A DNA stretch of 64,000 nt, from NCBI GenBank assembly GCA_025603075.1, contig MU626293.1, forward strand, positions 76,466-140,465, read 5' to 3'. The notes below the pieces were generated by a model that was not told the DNA's origin, did no database searches, and saw only the letters and a program-made list of their open reading frames with translations. This DNA is from Neoconidiobolus thromboides FSU 785. Its lineage: Eukaryota > Fungi > Entomophthoromycota. The position numbers and the translations under genes are program-made. Below, one piece after another: positions 25,179 through 37,609 of this stretch. Position 1 is the stretch's first letter; every line of letters begins with the position of its first letter.

Positions 25179-25839
25179 ATGCATAATAAGGAAGTCTATC
25201 GGATAGAGAATCGAATAGTGAAAGTCAATGACACTCAAGGCTTGAGCGATAATAATATTACTTCCAATAGTGGTGACTATAATATTAGCTCTTGGTTGTT
25301 ATCAAGCAATAAGCTTATATCTAAAAATTTGAAGCTTTTAGTTACACTATTGTTTTTATCCTCTTCGATATTTTGTTTTTTTAAAGTAAGTTTTAGTATA
25401 ATTGTTGTTACCGTTATTCATACTCAACTATTTTCATTAGTTACATTATTTATTTAAACTTAAAGAAAGTTTACTACTACGAACCTTAAGACGAAGAAAA
25501 GAGCGATTAGCAAACTTAAATAACGAACTATTAAAAACCAAAATCATACCTTTTCCAACTACTATCACTAATCCAAAACTAACCAAAACAATAGACCAAA
25601 TGAATGAAGATTTCACTAAATTAAATTCCGAACGAAACTATGTCATAAGAAATACAAAGGAATCTATTAATGAATTTGAAATTCTACTAATGGGTTTAAA
25701 ATATTCATTTCCTTCTCCACCTACTTGTAAAAGTATATTAGAACTTTCTGCTTATTGGTCTAAAGCCGATTCACCAACTTCAGGTTTAAAATCAATATTA
25801 AGAAGTTTAAAATCGTTATTGTTAATAAAATTTAATTAA
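25179..25839 (+). CDS. Two-exon hypothetical protein (hydrophobic segment + coiled coil; weak Pex14/Pex33-like C-terminus)
   Basis: A phase-0 GT-AG intron at 25386-25440 joins ORFs 25179 and 25600 in frame, giving about 200 aa ending GLKSILRSLKSLLLIKFN*. Confidence 0.6.
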
Positions 25840-25921
25840 TGAGTAACATAATTTATTAATATGTTAATAAAAGTAGGATTTATGAATGTAAATAAATATG
25901 TATAATATATATTATTCATTT

Positions 25922-27245
25922 TTAAAGATAATAAACTTTTGATTTTTTGCCCGATTCAAATTGATTATAAGTCGAAATTAAAGGGCCATTTTTAGAATAG
26001 TCTAGTTCAATAATCCTTATTCCACGCTCCCAAGTACCATACCCTCCATACCCACTGTGTGGACAGAAACATAAGTTGATATTCTCATATTTACAACACC
26101 AGTTAATACCTGCTATTTAATACAAAATTTCCTTATATTATATTAATAATTATTACCATGATCATGACCAACAAATAAACCTTTAACATTGTAATTTTTA
26201 ATTATATTAAATAATCCAGTGTCATTATCTTGTGGAGTAACACCATCCTCTATTAACAAAAATAGTAAGCTATTAAAAGCTGTTTCAATATAATAAAGAA
26301 GCTAATTACCATTTAAAGCATCCAAACTACAATTCATTGGATATTTTTCTTTAGCGTAATGAAATTGAATACTAAATAAATACAATCAATTGAAAAACCT
26401 AATAAAAATATAGAAATAAAAAACTTACGTTGGTACATGGAAGAACAAGAGAATAGGTAAACTATTATCTTTCAGTTTATAAAATTTTAAACTAGTTTCC
26501 AACCACTTCAAAGCGTTCTTTCCAATTTCCATAGGTATCCCAGGTTCTCCCTCTTTCTCATACCCACCTCTAGAATCCAAGAAATACATTAGCATTTTCA
26601 ATTTATCTTTTTTATTTTTCTTTCTACTCTTTTTATCATAGACTTTCAACAAATAATTTCCAACACCTTCCAACTCCTTGTCACTTTTTTTTGTATAACT
26701 ACCAAAATATCGTTGTTCTTCTTCAAGTATTCTCTCTCTTTGTACATTAGGCCCTATATCGTGATTACCATAGACAGAACTCCATCTAAAAAATAAATTA
26801 GAAACAACCCATGTCTCACAAAATAGCCTTTAATTCCTACTTACTTAATCCCCCTTTCCCTCAATGGCTTGGTAAACTGTTTGACGTATTTAGTGTAATT
26901 CTTAAACATAAACTCACCGGTAAGTTGATCGCCCGTGAATACTACTAATTCTGGATCTTGTAAATCTAAGAATCTATTGATGGCTCTTGTACTATTGAAA
27001 TCTTGTTCAGGTCCCCAAGATAAACTTGGCTCCTCTCCATAATGGCTAGAAAAAGAGAAGGTCAGTTGGGGTGATAGGGAATGATAATTGATTTATACTT
27101 ACAGATCAGCTAAGGTTATGATAATGAATTTGTTGTGTTTATTTAAACGTAACTTAGAGCGTATAGGATTCGAATATTGGTCGGTTAATTGACGGGTGGA
27201 AGCGTGAAAGATGGATATTAGGGTCAGATATATGAATAGAATCAT
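25922..27245 (-). CDS. Calcineurin-like metallophosphoesterase (Dcr2/PAP14-type) with signal peptide, multi-exon
   Basis: Spliced motifs ADLHYG, TGDQ, GNHD, FFHVP, VGHDH and HSGYGGYG; hydrophobic N-terminus MILFIYLTLISIFHAS. Confidence 0.88.
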
Positions 27246-28060
27246 GACTTTATTGAATTATTGAATGAGTTTAAGTTTAAGGTAGGTATTTTGATGCTTT
27301 TGAAATTAATTTATGTACAATGAGAAACGTCACTCTCATAATCTATGCTTTTAACCATGTGTAGTTTTTTTTGATTTTTATTGGTTTTAATATCCCTTGA
27401 TTTTTATTTTGAGGGATCACAGCAGATAGGGATTTCTTAGGATTTCAATCTCGAACAATTACTGGACTAAAGCAAAGGTTCTGTATAATAAACAGGCCAG
27501 AGAGGCCATCGAAATTTAGGCTATTCTTCTGTCATGATCCTTATATTTTAATGCTAATAATAAAGTATTATAATTCTTATAAAGTAATTTGACCTTTTTT
27601 GTAGTTGAAGCGGTAAAAATAGTCAACTACAACTATAAAGTCAATTTTTGTAAAATTAGACATAATTATTAAAAATTCCAATGAAAAAAATATTATTGAT
27701 TATAACAATCAAATGATATTATCTACTATAATATTAGTTTTAATCCTTTGAACAGCTATTTTGAACCAATAAAAAATAGTTATCATTTTATATTGTTAAT
27801 TGTGGAAGATAACTAATTAATTCCTTATAATAGAAACAAACTTAAAATTTTAGACAAAAAATAAAACTATTGTTATAGCTTATAGTCTATTTTTTGTATA
27901 ATTTAAACAAAGTTGTAAGATTTTTATTTTGTATCTCCTCCAAAATATGACAACTGTTATAGTTTGTAAAAATGAATATTTTTAAAAATAGTTTTCTTTA
28001 TTAAAAATATAAAAAAATTAAAAATAATAATAACAAGAATATATATTTATCAAAGAATAT

Positions 28061-28165
28061 ATATGGTGATGTTTTTTCTGACTTCATCACTTTTTCCATT
28101 TTTAAGCGCCATTTAGACAAAAGATTGTTAGTAAAATTCTTAAACAAAAAAATACATCTCCATAT
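28061..28165. mobile_element. MITE-like element copy
   Basis: ATATGGTGATGT...ACATCTCCATAT, ending 2 bp before a solo LTR. Confidence 0.75.
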
Positions 28166-28167
28166 AT

Positions 28168-28629
28168 TGTGAAATATCGCTCTGTTAGCTCTATGGTCGA
28201 TTATAACATGACAGCCACTTAAGCTGTTGTGTTCTCGAGCTCAAGTACAATTAAACTCAAGCTTTTATTTTGATTTCCTATGAGAATTTCTAGCTCCATC
28301 CCAAAGAATATTATCTTCTCATTTTGATATTTATACTTTTCAGAGTATAAAAGAGTTTACAGAGTATAGTAGTTCGAGGCTTTTTAACCGAATTATTCCC
28401 TGATATCTCGAACATTGAATAAAGCCACTAAGTTTTCTTAATAGTATTTTACGTAGATTTACATTAGTATTATCTATTCTATTTGTCTTATATAGTCCGT
28501 AGCCTGTCATCTGGCATTCTTCATAATTTGAGTTTACCTTAGCTAGATAAACTAAGACCTTTCGACCTACAGCTAGTCAATTAAGCAAAAACTGCTTTTG
28601 ACTTCAACCACTGAGTACCAAATTTCACA
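28168..28629 (+). mobile_element. Solo LTR (LTR-A, copy 2)
   Basis: TGTGAAAT...ATTTCACA, colinear with 9699-10157. No perfect TSD (ATAT versus ATAC). Confidence 0.82.
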
Positions 28630-28652
28630 ATACTAAAAGTAAAAAAAGTAGT

Positions 28653-28942
28653 ATACGGGGATGTATTTTTTTTATTTGTTTTGTTAATAATCTTTTTACT
28701 TAAATAGTGCTTAAAAAATAGAAAAAGTGGGGATCTATTTTTATGTTTAAGGATTTCGCTAATAATTTTTCCACTCAAATAGCACTTAAAAAATGGAGGA
28801 AGTAATGAAGCCAAAAAAACACCCCCAAGTGATAAAACCAAAAAATATCACTATATGGTGATGTTTTTTTTGGTTTCATTACTTCCTCCATTTTTTAAGT
28901 GCTATTTGAGCGGAAAGATTGTTAGTAAAGTTCTTAAACAAA
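28653..28942. mobile_element. Cluster of three MITE-like copies (partial tandem duplication plus an inverted copy)
   Basis: ATACGGGGATGT start, restart at about 28728 (tggggatctattttt), end acaccccca at about 28827, and an inverted copy from 28853. Confidence 0.7.
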
Positions 28943-29233
28943 TATAATTAAAGATAGAAAAAAAATGAAAAAATAAAAGAAATATATATATATTGAACAT
29001 AACAATAAAGCACATTATTATCTAGTATCTGATAGGTCAAAAAAATTACAAAGTCCATAAAAAGTAAAAAAATAAACTAGTTTATTTTATAAAAATTTAA
29101 AAGTTTGAATATTTATTAAATAATGAAATAATTTACCAAATAATGGAAATTGTTTATTAAATATTAATACTATTCAAGTTATTAATTTAATAATATATTG
29201 ATACAATTATAATATTAAAATTGTTTGTTTATT

Positions 29234-29540
29234 TATTTGATAGAAAATCTATCATATTAGCTATAAAGCAGCCAATAACAAATATTCCTTAATAAAGCTT
29301 TATAGAAATATGTATTTATTTACGTGTTACAGCTTTAACTGGTATTGTTATATAAGTTACATTAATAAAACCTTTATTAATCTGGTAATTTTTATTAAAT
29401 TTAATGAAAATCCTGCTAATTTATAACATGTATTATAATAAATAATTTAAAACTGCCAAATACCTGCTTTTTGGTAAAAAGCACATTTTTGCAAAAAAAT
29501 TTATTTTAATAAAAATGAAACCAACTCAGACACCCTTGCA
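29234..29540. repeat. Dispersed ~300-bp repeat (family C, copy 1)
   Basis: Colinear with 48921-49245: tatttgatag..atattagcta(t/c)aaagcag..aaatatgtatttatttac..tattataata..ctgctttt..aaaaatgaaa. Confidence 0.6.
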
Positions 29541-29611
29541 TATTGTATCTAAAAGTTATATTTGAAAGTATTATGTTAAAATATTTAATATCTTCCCATT
29601 CAAAATAAGTT

Positions 29612-29684
29612 GCCTGATTAGCTCAGTCGGTAGAGCATGAGACTTTTAATCTCAGGGTCATGGGTTCGAGCCCCATATTAGGCT
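29612..29684 (+). tRNA. tRNA-Lys (anticodon TTT)
   Basis: GCCTGATTAGCTCAGTCGGTAGAGCATGAGACTTTTAATCTCAGGGTCATGGGTTCGAGCCCCATATTAGGCT; all four stems pair and A and B boxes are present. Confidence 0.93.
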
Positions 29685-30037
29685 AATTAAAACTACTAGT
29701 ATTTTAAAAATTACTTGTCTTTAATAAAATTTTTTAAAATTAAAATCAAAGCCTTTATCAAATAATAGGTTTTTAAATCAGTGTATATATTTGTTTTACT
29801 GTTCTCTATGACTCTCTCAGTTAATAGCTATATAGTCTCATCTAGATTAAAGTAATTTTGTTTAGCACATAAGTATCTTTAAAATAAGCTTTTTAAAATA
29901 CACCACATTTGGCTTTTAATTTTAAACTTCCTTGTCAAATTTAGTAACTTTTGCAAAAACATAAAAAACAGCATTTAAAAAAATAAATAGTCGCTAATAA
30001 GCATTTACTAAAAGACAACCAAATAAACAATAAAATA

Positions 30038-30142
30038 ATATGGGGATGTATTTTTTCGTTTAAGAATTTTGCTAAGAATTTTTCCACTCAAATAGCGCTT
30101 AAAAAATGGAAAAGTAATGAAATCAAAAAAACATCCCCATAT
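30038..30142. mobile_element. MITE-like element copy
   Basis: ATATGGGGATGT...ACATCCCCATAT, perfect 12-bp inverted termini. Confidence 0.85.
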
Positions 30143-30658
30143 AATAGTTTTTTGAAAAAGTAATAAGTTAGTATTTGTTATGTAGGAGGAGGTTAACTCA
30201 ATGATTTCTCATTAAAAGCTAGACGAAATTCGGTTACAAAATAAGATAACTTAAATAAAAATACAATAATACAGTTAATAAATATGATTGTTTATTTATT
30301 AAAAATTTGAATTAAGATACAAGATCAAACAATATAATTTTTGAGTTTGTCATTTGATAGAAAGGGACTAAACTATCAATTAGTTAATAACAATAATCAA
30401 ATCAAAATCAAAATTAAAACTCGAATAAAACAACTCAACCATATCAATTAGGTTTATTCTCACGATAACCATAGAAAAAGGGTAGCATTTATTACTATTG
30501 ACTAAATCAACCTTTTAAATTCTTCGAAAAAAGAAACTTGACCAATAAAACCAAGATGACACTAAATCAATAAAATTAGTAGTTTAAAAACAAATAAAAA
30601 TATAATTAAAATTTAAAACATAATTGAATTTCTTATTGCTTTTTTATAATTTGAAAGA

Positions 30659-33230
30659 ATGTTAACTCAATATTTAAAATTATTAAACGTTAATAAATCA
30701 TCTAATGCAAGATGGTTATCAACTAGTAAATTATGACTCTTTAATTTTATTAAACTATTCTAAATTTCCATTTCATAGACGTCAACAAACCTTTATTTGA
30801 TAAAATATTGATAGCTAATCGGTAAGCCAGCGATGCTTTTCATCCTAATAACAAATACTAATCCCAATCTTATAGAGGCGAAATAGCTATTCGAGTCATG
30901 AAAACAGCTAAAAAGTTAGGTGTAAAAACCGTAGCTGTTTATTCTGAAGCCGATAGGTTTTCTTTACATACTAAGATGGTAAGTTTATAAAAGAAGAGCT
31001 TTAATAAAATAAACAGTTGTCTTAATTCCATTTATTTAGGCTGATGAAGCTTATTTCATTGGTCCGGCACCCAGCTCTGAAAGTTATTTAAAGATGGATA
31101 AGATCATTGAAGTAGCTAAAAAAAGTGGTGCTAAGGTAATTTGTTTTATCCTTTTCCTATGTATACTAAGTTATACTCTCATTATTAGGCCATCCATCCT
31201 GGTTATGGGTTTTTATCTGAAAACGCTGGATTTGCTGAAAAATTATTGGCAAATGAACTAGTATTTATTGGTCCTCCATCTTCTGCTATTACTAGTATGG
31301 GTAGTAAATCAGAAAGTAAAATTATTATGGAAAAAGCAGGGGTACCAGTAGTTCCTGGATATCATGGTGAAAATCAAGATCCAGAATATTTAAAACAAAG
31401 AGCTAATGAGATTGGGTATTATTTTTATTTTTAATTTATTTGATAGATTGAATTCTAACACTTTTATTTTCAGTTATCCAGTCTTAATTAAAGCTATTAA
31501 AGGTGGAGGTGGTAAAGGTATGAGAATTGTAGAAAATTCCGATGAATTTTTTGCCATGTTAGAAAGTAGTAAACGTGAAGGGATGAAATCATTTGGGGAT
31601 GATAAAGTGTTAATCGAAAAGTATTTAGTTACCCCACGTCATGTAGAGGTACAAGTGTTTGGAGATAAATTTGGTAATGCTGTTCATCTGTTCGAAAGAG
31701 ATTGTTCTGTTCAAAGAAGACATCAAAAGATATTAGAAGAAGCACCAGCACCTAATTTGTCGGAAGAAATACGTAGAGATTTAGGTGAAAAAGCAGTAGC
31801 TGCAGCTAAAGCAGTAGGTTATGTAGGTGCTGGTACTGTGGAATTTATCTTTGATAATGATACCAATAATTTTTATTTTATGGAAATGAATACTCGTTTA
31901 CAAGTGGAACATCCAGTTACTGAAATGATTACTAATGTGGATTTAGTACAATGGCAATTGGAAGTAAGTCAAAACATCAATTAAGCAAATAACTAAATTT
32001 ATAATCGAATCTGTTAGGTGGCAGCTGGCAACCCATTACCTAAAAAACAAGAAGAAATTGAATTAACAGGTCATGCCTTTGAAGCACGTATCTATGCTGA
32101 AAATCCAAATAAAGGCTTTTTACCGGATGTTGGACCATTGACTTATTTAAAAACACCAACTGAAAGTAAAGATATTCGAGTAGAAACAGGAGTATTACAA
32201 GGAGATCAAGTATCCGTTCATTATGACCCCATGATTGCTAAATTAGTTGTTAGAGGACGAGATCGTACCGAAGCATTAAGGATTTTAAAAAATTGTTTAC
32301 AAGAATACCAAATTGTGGGGTTAAATACTAATATTGATTTTTTGAAAAATTTAATTCAACATCAAGCTTTTATCGATGGTGAAGTAGAAACAGGGTTTAT
32401 TAAAGTAAGTAATCAACATCATGGTATACTATATAAGACTTATTAATTTTTATCTTAGAAATTCGAAAAAGATTTATTTTCAGAAACTCAAGTTCGACCT
32501 GAATTGATTATTCAAGCTGCTTTTAAATTATTACAAAACGATCAATTAATTATCAATAATAATAACACTCATTCTAATGGTAAATTTATTAATCTATTAA
32601 TTATACTAATATAAAACTAATTTCATTTAAATATTGTAATTAGATCCTTATTCACCTTTCAATCAAATGAACAACTTCCAACCTAATATTAAAAAGAGAT
32701 ATAGTTATGAATTTACAATTGAAGGAAAAGAAGAAAACATACTTAAGGTAGAAGCTGAATATGATATTAAAACAAAAGAATACAAATTTACAATTAATAA
32801 TGATAATGAAATCCAAGTAATTGATTCTGTTAAACAAATTGATTCTCAACGTATTGAAATTAACAATCAAATTTATAAAAATGAAGTTATTCATTTATTA
32901 CCTAATTTAACCAAATCTTATCATCAAATCACGGTATTCAATGAAAATAATAAATTACAATTAAATACAATTCCACCTAATTACCTTACCAATAGTAATA
33001 GTAATTTAAATCAATCTTCTATTCGTGCTCCAATGCCGTGTAAAATTACCCAACTGTTAATTAAACAAGGTGATCAAGTTAAGGAAGGTCAATCTTTATT
33101 AGTATTAGAAGCTATGAAAATGGAACACGTTATTAAAGCACCAAAAGATGGTATTGTAAGTAAATTGTTATATCCTGAAGTTGGTATGTTAGTTCCAGAT
33201 AATGCTGAATTAGTACAATTTGAAGATTAA
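30659..33230 (+). CDS. MCCC1: 3-methylcrotonyl-CoA carboxylase biotin-containing alpha subunit (mitochondrial), multi-exon
   Basis: [71 protein letters not shown] and the biotinylation site EAMKMEH. Propionyl-CoA carboxylase alpha is the less likely alternative. Confidence 0.85.
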
Positions 33231-33354
33231 GATTTATTAATAATAAAAAAACAATATATAATAATAATAAAATTTTTATACTTTTTATTTTGTTTTATAT
33301 ACTTATTAAATGAATTGTTTATTAATATAATACACCTATTAATAATTTATAAAC

Positions 33355-35744
33355 TCATGAACTTAACGCTTTGTTTGCTAACGGACAATGAAAATCACTT
33401 GTATTACCCCACCAGTTTAACTTAATATTATTCAATTCAAAGATAAAAAATATTAATAGAGCAGCAAAAGCCACTCCAGTATCTAATGCAGCGGATAGTA
33501 TTAAGTGGAAAGAATCATACCATTTTTTGTAATACCTTTGAATAACAATATGAAAGATAAACCCTACCATAATCCAAGTTAAAAAATTACCCGGTCTAGC
33601 TGGAGGTAAAATAGCTGTGGCAGATATAATAACAGGAATATGTATATATTGGACCCAAGAATTAGGATATTTTAAATATATTAAATAAAATGGTATCGGT
33701 AAGATTAAGCCTATTATAAAAGAATATAATAGTGGATTATAAATTGATTTTAACCCAAACATTTTTTCAGGTCCAATTAATCCCCATATCACTGAAGCAG
33801 AATAGAATACATCACTACTTGGACATGTCCATGGAAATCCTTCTTTTGTACATATGTTAGGTATACTACTCATTAACCATTCAGCAGTTACTAAATTAAT
33901 TATAATAGCTAATAAAGTGCCTATAATTTTAAATATAAATATGGTATTAATAAATCTCAACTGAATTTACCTAAACATTGAGCAATAAACATGGATTTGG
34001 GTGGTATTTTTAAATAATGACCTAACTTTAAATCCGCTAAAAAATTTAGTGCTTGTGCCATAGTAATAAAGCCATAAACTTTAAAGGTAACATTAGCAAT
34101 TGGATAACCAGGAAATAAATAACCAGCAATGAATTCAGTTAACACATTTAAACCAGGTGATTGATTTGTTATTGCTGTTACAATACCAATTGGTAATGTA
34201 AATACAAATGATATAACGACGGCTAAGATTAATCCCCACCATGGTAATGTTAAATCATAAATCTCACATACTACAATGGCCATAACGAAACTTATTATAA
34301 ATGTAAAAAAATACCACCAAGTTGGTACTTGAGAATAATTACTCATTAATTTATTATGAATATCACTATCATTATCATTACTATTATTATTGTTATCATT
34401 CTCATTCTCATTATTAATACTATTAATATCAATTTTATTTTTACTCCTAATTTTTAAATAAATTTCTTTTCCATGATATAAAATAGTATGTGTAATTAAG
34501 GATGTTAATGTTGCAAATGAAATACCATATGTAAATGAAAAAAAGAAAGTCAATCTTAATGGAGAATAATTTTGATATGCTTCTTCACTAAACATATTAT
34601 TTGGTGTAATTTTACTACGATCATAAGTATTTCCATGAATGTCATATAATCCACTACCGAATATGGGATAATTTTGAGCATCCCATATATTGAAATAATA
34701 ACCTAATGGCACCAAGATCCAACAAACAATAACAAAACCGATAAAGGTATTTAATTGTGCCCAAAAAGGAGTAACTAAGGGTGATCCAATATAACTTGTA
34801 AATGAATTCCAATCTAATGAAATGGACATTAAACCTAAACCATGAATACCTGATCCCAACTGTTGAGGTATAATTGAGTTTGGAAATATTAAACATAAGA
34901 TAGATATTGAGGATAAAAAAGTAAACAGATATCCTGGTAAGAAATAATAAAAGAAACTACATAAACTCATTATTATAAAAAACTTTTTTAACTTTCGATT
35001 ACTCATAGCTAGATTTTCTTTCCCTTCATGTAACGCTCGAAACAAAGAAACTGAAACTAAAGTACTTGGCCAAATCATAGATCTGGGTTTCACTAATAAC
35101 TTCCGATAAATACCTGCAAATCCATAACCCATAAATTGAGAACTAAACAATAATAAAAAACTAGCTAATAAAGTAAACGGTTGTTTATAGTATAATTTTT
35201 TGACTACAATAATATCCATAGCGTAAGCTGTAGAAGCACAAGATCCAGCTGCTACTGTAATTAAACAATGTTCTTTAACATTAAATTTACCTGGGTTGAG
35301 ACTAAATTTCCAATTAAATATTTTAATCTCTTTTTCAGGTAAAATTTTAGCTAAAAATAGTCCAATGGGATAAGTTAATAATTGAACAATAAATCCACCA
35401 ACAGTTAATGGTGTAGCTCGAAAGAAAAAAAACTGACTAGTGAAAGCTAAAATACTACCAAAAAAGAGACTTAAGATCCAAAATCGAAAGGTTAACGTAG
35501 GCATAGTTATATCATCTTGAATCATAAATTTTTCTAAGGAACTAGTTTCATCATCTTCATCAGCCCCTAATAATCCAGTTCGTTCTTCTTCATCATAATT
35601 TGGATGCCTATCATCTTCACCTGATTCTTTAAAAGGTTCTTCTTCTTTTTCTTGTACTGGTGTTAATAAGCTTTCTTCCTCTAAACTTTCTCGGGCATTT
35701 AATAAACTTATTCGTTGTCTTAATTCTAAATTCTCATCTTCCAT
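33355..35744 (-). CDS. OPT-family oligopeptide transporter (one short intron near 33920-33970)
   Basis: DDITMPTLTFRFW, NPGKFNVKEH, QPGLN-like QSPGLNVLTEF, KLGHYLKIPPK, WGLIGP, SAALDTG, WWGN; many TM segments. Confidence 0.92.
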
Positions 35745-36496
35745 TATATTTTTATCTTATTAAAAAAATTATTATATGTTATAAAGAAATAGAAAACCAA
35801 AATTTTTAATGTTATTTTTATGATGATGTTATATAATAAATTACAGTAATTTATTAATTTTAGTTCTTTAGTTTTTATTGAATTTATGCTACTCATTTTT
35901 CTCCGTCTTTTTTGACTCTTACCTATTTAATGGTTGATTATACTCCTTTTGTTATTCTTTTTTTACTGATTTTTTTAGTTTATCCGTTGGAAGATTTAAT
36001 TGGTTAAATTATTTTTGTTAGTATCAGTTTTTATGTTAGGTTGTTCATTATGCTTCAATACACTGTTTGCTTCAATATGTTGTTAGCTTTTTTTAATTGA
36101 ATTTAAAAATAAAGAATTACATATAGTTCTCAAGTTCAAGTTAAAAAAAACCAACAACCAATTTAAATGAACATGTCTGAAACATAATGAATAACTTAAT
36201 AGAAGTTAAATTAAGTTTTTTGTCAAAGCCAAATTAGTAAATTTAATTCTTATTTTTAATTTATATGATAAATTGGATATTATTTGTTTAAAAATAAAAA
36301 TACAAAGTATCTATACCTTTTATATGATTATGTTAATAATGTATTTAATGTGAAAATCAGCTTTATTTTTTAATATATAAAACTTATATAAAAAGGATTT
36401 ATAGTATAAAATAAAATATTTTCCAAAATACAAGTATGTGGTTCCAAGCTAATCTATTATCATATCAATTCAATCTCCTTTATAATTATTATATTA

Positions 36497-36540
36497 CAAT
36501 AATATAACAATAATATAACAATAATATAACAATAACAAAT
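36497..36540. repeat. 11-bp tandem repeat (CAATAATATAA)x3 plus a partial unit
   Basis: Read directly from the sequence. Confidence 0.8.
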
Positions 36541-36584
36541 GCATTTATAAAAAAAATAGTTTAATAAATATTCACTCATAATTT

Positions 36585-37609
36585 TTAATTCCTTTGATCC
36601 CATTTAGATCGTTTATTATTATGAATATATGGGTTATTTCCTAGTTAAAATTTATGAGATATCAACATAAATTAATGATATGGAAATCTTTACTTCTACC
36701 TGAAAAATTATCTTTCAAAGCCCTCCCTTTAGTTCCAGAATTAACAAACTCAATTGATTTTCGAACTTCTTTAGCTTCTCTATCACCTTCTAAAATAAAA
36801 TAGAAACCATTCATTAATCATATAAATCATAAGCCATAAATCATAACTTACCTTCCTTATCCCTTCTCCTTTCATCGTCTCTCTTCTTTTCTGCATAATC
36901 CACAAACCATTTAGGGTTAACCATATCCACTTGAAAATTACTGCCAAATGGATCCAGTTCCCATTGACTTAGTAATTTATCATAAAGTTCAGGGTTCTGA
37001 AATTTATTATTAGCAGTCATTCTTTCTAATACAGAATATTGATTTTGTTTCATGCTTTGATGAAAGCGATTAAACTTGGAAACAATTTCTTCAGTAGCGG
37101 AATGGATGCTAGGAGGTGGTATTTCAAATAATTCACAACGAGGAAATGGTTTTGGAGTTAATAAAAAGTTACGCTTATTCCACAATTCTTCAGCAGTTAA
37201 TTTCGCTTTGCTTTTATTACTTGGAAAGTTAATTGCTTCGGATTCTTTACTATCTTTTGATTCTTTTGATTCTTTTGATTCTTTTGATTCTTCAAATTTC
37301 AACTGTTTTTTATTATGCTTTTCAATTTCTAATTCATCCTTTTTAACTTTATATTTATCATTAGTATTAATTGATCTCATATCTAATATAGAATATTTAT
37401 TCTTACCATTAATTTTAGTATCTTTTTTATTATCCAATTTCCCATTGTTTTCTTGAATAAGTTATATAGTTTATATTATACACTTAATTCATTAATAGAT
37501 ATATTATATACGATTACTTACTATCCTTTAATACTTTTATTTCTATCTCTTCATTATTGTTATCATCACTATCATCACTATAATTTACTAATCCAAGTTT
37601 GGAACTCAT
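36585..37609 (-). CDS. SAP30-binding protein / HCNGP-like protein, multi-exon
   Basis: Starts MSSKLGLVNYSDDSDD, core KFNRFH...NNKFQNPELYDKLL...DPFGSNF, ends KRSKWDQRN*. Contains a coding (ESK)n 9-bp repeat at about 37245-37293. Confidence 0.72.

Noticed and set aside
29669-29678. CCCCATAT in the tRNA-Lys 3' half matches the MITE terminus (possible tRNA-derived SINE)
   Set aside because: The match is only 8 nt; the MITE has no A/B boxes and has symmetric inverted ends.
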